From Candidatus Cloacimonadota bacterium (lineage in GTDB: Bacteria; Cloacimonadota; Cloacimonadia; Cloacimonadales; Cloacimonadaceae), in contig JAEWNJ010000115.1 in NCBI GenBank assembly GCA_023392795.1, positions 10,952 to 74,951 on the forward strand: DNA of 64,000 nucleotides, written 5' to 3'. The notes under the pieces were generated by a model that was not told the origin of the DNA, did no database searches, and saw only the letters and a list, made by a program, of their open reading frames with translations. Below, one piece after another: positions 61,547 through 64,000 of the stretch (position 1 is its first letter; every line of letters begins with the position of its first letter). A program made the position numbers and the translations under genes.

Positions 61547-63227
61547 GCCGGTATTTACTCTTGATCAGCGAGATGTCCACCGTGTCGATCTGCTCCGGCT
61601 TCATGTAGTCACGGGCAAACTCCAGATAGAGATTGCTATCCATGAAGAGATCGAGCAGATCCAAATCCAGATGCCCGGCCTTTGCCATATTGGCCATGAT
61701 CATCAAGGCTTCAGACAGGGGTTTTGGTGTTTTGTAAGGCCGATCGGCGGCAGTGAGCGCTTCAAAGATATCCACCACGGCTATCATGCGTGATTGCAGC
61801 GGCAGTCTGGGCGCGTCTAAACCTTTGGGATAGCCCTTCCCATTCAGGGTTTCGTGATGCGTGGAGGCGTAGAAAGCTACATTTTTGTATTTTTTAGGGA
61901 AGCTGAGTTCCGAGAGCATCTCCCAGGTGATGGAGGCGTGCGCACGCATGACGTCGAGTTCCTCGCTATTCAGAGTTCCCCTTCTGATGCTGAGGTTTTT
62001 CCTGTCCAGTTCGTCCAGCAGATAGTAACGTTGTCCATCATACTCAAAATCAATGGCGGCAAGGGCTTCCATGCGGGCGATATCCTCATCGGGGACAAAC
62101 TCCCCGCCCACATTCAGCTTTTCTACAAAGCTCTGCGCTTCATCCAGATAGGTGAGGATGCCATCCGCATCAAGCTCAGGATTGATGTGTTCCTGGATAA
62201 ACGCGGTTAGCTCCGGGGATGATAGCTTGTGCGCCAAATGCTTGCAAAGTAGCTTCAGCCGGGCAAAACGTTCCTGCACCAGAGTGATGCCATCCATGAT
62301 GCGTTCCAGCTTGCGGCTTTTATCCATCACAAACTCCGGCGTGATGATCTTGCCCACATCGTGCATCCATCCCGCCATGGAGATTTCTTTGAGTTCGTTG
62401 GGGCTAAAGTTTACATCGGCAAAGTGCCCCTCGGAGGCAGCGTTTATCTTTGCTGCCAGCATTTCAGTAAGCATAGCCACCCGCATGATATGATCGGAGC
62501 TGTATTTGCTTTTACGCTCGATGGCAACGGCGATGGAGCGGATAAATTGCATCAAAAGGCCTTCCAGATCATCGATCAGCTTGCGATTGGATAGTGCGAT
62601 CGCGGCTTGTGAAGCCAGCGAGTGCAGCATGATCTTGTGCTCTTCGCTGAAGCTGATGATATTCCCTTCATCGTCCATCGCATTGATGAATTGCATCACG
62701 CCCAGTACTTCTTCCTCGTGATTCATCAGAGGAATGGTGATCATGGACTTGCATCGATAACCGTAGCTGCTGTCTGTCTTCAGGGTCCCGGAGATATCAT
62801 AGTCCTTCGTTTCATAGACATCATCGAATGTGAGAGTGTCTTTGCTGTGATATACCGCGGTAACGATGTGCGAGAGCTTGGGGCTGCCATCCTCGTTAAA
62901 AAGTGAGATCACCGGCCAGCCCACGGGGCCATGGGATCCGCCTTCACGCATCTTCATGGTGGCGTTGTACACGATCTCAAACTCCAGCGCGCGAGCTTCG
63001 TCCGTAACCATGTAGATGGTGGCGGCATCGGCCTTTGTGAAGGCGATTCCTTCATCCAGGATGAGATCGAAGATTTTATCCAGATCGGTTTCGCTGGAGA
63101 GCGATTTTCCGATCATGGTGAGCTGATCGATGTGTTTTAGTTGCTCTTCGGCTAGATGGCTGAGATTTTGCACCACTAGATTGAGGGTGTGGTTGATCTT
63201 TTGATTGTCGCTGAATTTGTACTCCAT
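61539..63227 (-). CDS. GAF-domain HD-GYP-type phosphohydrolase (putative cyclic-di-GMP phosphodiesterase)
   Basis: WMHDVGKI (HD) and HHETLNGKGYPKGL (GYP) motifs. GAF-like N-terminal half. Confidence 0.75.
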   Translation of the reverse strand: MEYKFSDNQKINHTLNLVVQNLSHLAEEQLKHIDQLTMIGKSLSSETDLDKIFDLILDEGIAFTKADAATIYMVTDEARALEFEIVYNATMKMREGGSHGPVGWPVISLFNEDGSPKLSHIVTAVYHSKDTLTFDDVYETKDYDISGTLKTDSSYGYRCKSMITIPLMNHEEEVLGVMQFINAMDDEGNIISFSEEHKIMLHSLASQAAIALSNRKLIDDLEGLLMQFIRSIAVAIERKSKYSSDHIMRVAMLTEMLAAKINAASEGHFADVNFSPNELKEISMAGWMHDVGKIITPEFVMDKSRKLERIMDGITLVQERFARLKLLCKHLAHKLSSPELTAFIQEHINPELDADGILTYLDEAQSFVEKLNVGGEFVPDEDIARMEALAAIDFEYDGQRYYLLDELDRKNLSIRRGTLNSEELDVMRAHASITWEMLSELSFPKKYKNVAFYASTHHETLNGKGYPKGLDAPRLPLQSRMIAVVDIFEALTAADRPYKTPKPLSEALMIMANMAKAGHLDLDLLDLFMDSNLYLEFARDYMKPEQIDTVDISLIKSKYRLG

Positions 63228-63236
63228 CGAGGCTCC

Positions 63237-63842
63237 TTAGATCCTTTTATACAGCATAAAGTGAGGGTCAAAACCATTACGTTTTTGCTCCAATTCAAAC
63301 CAGGTGCTCACGTGCTCATCCAGATTTGGTTCAAATTGGATGGGGGATTCCTGCACTGAAGTGAAGTGTGGGCTCTTGAGGAACTCCTCGGCAATCCAGG
63401 CCGCGTATTCACTGTGGTCGGTGGAGACTTGCACTGTGGCTTCAGGGATCAGGATCTCAGCCAGTGCATCCAGAAAATCCTGTTGGATCAGGCGCCGGCG
63501 ATGATGTTTGCGCTTGGGCCAGGGATCCGGATGCTGGATAAAGACGCCACTAACGCTTTGACTGCGAAAGAGATCACGGATACCGGCATCGACAAACTTA
63601 CGTACCATTCGCACATTCGGATTCTGCTGTATGGATAGCTTTTTCAGGCAGTTGCGGATACGCTTTTCGCTCATCTCCAGGCCGATGAAGTTCCAATTTG
63701 GATGATATGTGGGATACTTTGATATAAATTCGCCTTTGCCAGAGCCGATTTCCACATACAAAGGGTTGCCGTCATTGAAGATATCGTTTAGATAACTATC
63801 TGCAATTGGCTCAATTACGAAAAAATCCCGGTCTTCAATCAT
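63237..63842 (-). CDS. trmB: tRNA (guanine-N7)-methyltransferase
   Basis: VEIGSGKGEF SAM motif and FIQHPDPWPKRKHHRRR motif. Confidence 0.85.
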   Translation of the reverse strand: MIEDRDFFVIEPIADSYLNDIFNDGNPLYVEIGSGKGEFISKYPTYHPNWNFIGLEMSEKRIRNCLKKLSIQQNPNVRMVRKFVDAGIRDLFRSQSVSGVFIQHPDPWPKRKHHRRRLIQQDFLDALAEILIPEATVQVSTDHSEYAAWIAEEFLKSPHFTSVQESPIQFEPNLDEHVSTWFELEQKRNGFDPHFMLYKRI

Positions 63843-63999
63843 CGGGCTGATCTGCCTCAGCTTTCATACGTTTTACCTCTATCTGCACGATGATCAGATC
63901 GGCCACCGACATCGCGAATGAGATAAAGACAAATATGATCAGGCCATTGAGCAGCCTGGCCTGAGTGTTTTGCAGCAGCACATCGCGCAGGAATAGGAC
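63839..63999 (-). CDS. 3' end of a membrane protein gene running off the window
   Basis: Own translation of the minus strand: ...LRDVLLQNTQARLLNGLIIFVFISFAMSVADLIIVQIEVKRMKAEADQPDD*. Its TGA overlaps the trmB ATG (ATGATTGA). Confidence 0.4.
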
Positions 64000-64000
64000 C

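Overview
About 64 kb of bacterial chromosome with dense coding on both strands and Shine-Dalgarno-led starts. I support about 50 protein genes. Taxonomy is inference only: T9SS/FlgD-Ig-type C-terminal sorting tails, DUF4159 and DUF4175-like proteins and an LruC-domain lipoprotein suggest the FCB superphylum, possibly a Cloacimonadota-like anaerobe. Most of the window is housekeeping: lpxH, cyclophilin, arcC, prolyl oligopeptidase, groES-trxA, rpmH-rnpA-yidD-yidC-jag, glnS, dnaN-recF, aspS, xerD, guaB, dinB, dusB and trmB. No rRNA, tRNA or CRISPR array was recognised. Two segments are not ordinary. (1) 6.7-9.5 kb is a 2.8 kb non-coding stretch holding 84-bp tandem repeats, a complete ORF-containing group II intron inserted into one repeat unit, a direct-repeat-flanked module with a perfect 21-bp inverted repeat, and short word-stutter repeats. 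(2) 49.3-59.4 kb holds a tandemly duplicated two-gene cassette for large beta-helix surface proteins. One copy of the first gene is internally deleted, a GC-rich inverted-repeat island sits between the copies, and each cassette is headed by a poly-C tract (C11 and C10). Each tract lies between an SD-led ATG and the signal-peptide ORF, so a 1-nt slip would fuse them. This is the strongest candidate for something new: a translational phase switch. A 99-nt element occurs twice in inverted orientation (36.4 kb and 59.4 kb), and its helices are preserved by compensatory substitutions. Other oddities are a PurN-like/MtaB fused ORF, CIRCE-groES followed by trxA instead of groEL, and dnaN preceded by 0.74 kb of ORF-free DNA with no dnaA. 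All calls come from reading the sequence and ORF translations by eye. No database search, HMM or folding program was run, and identity figures are hand counts.
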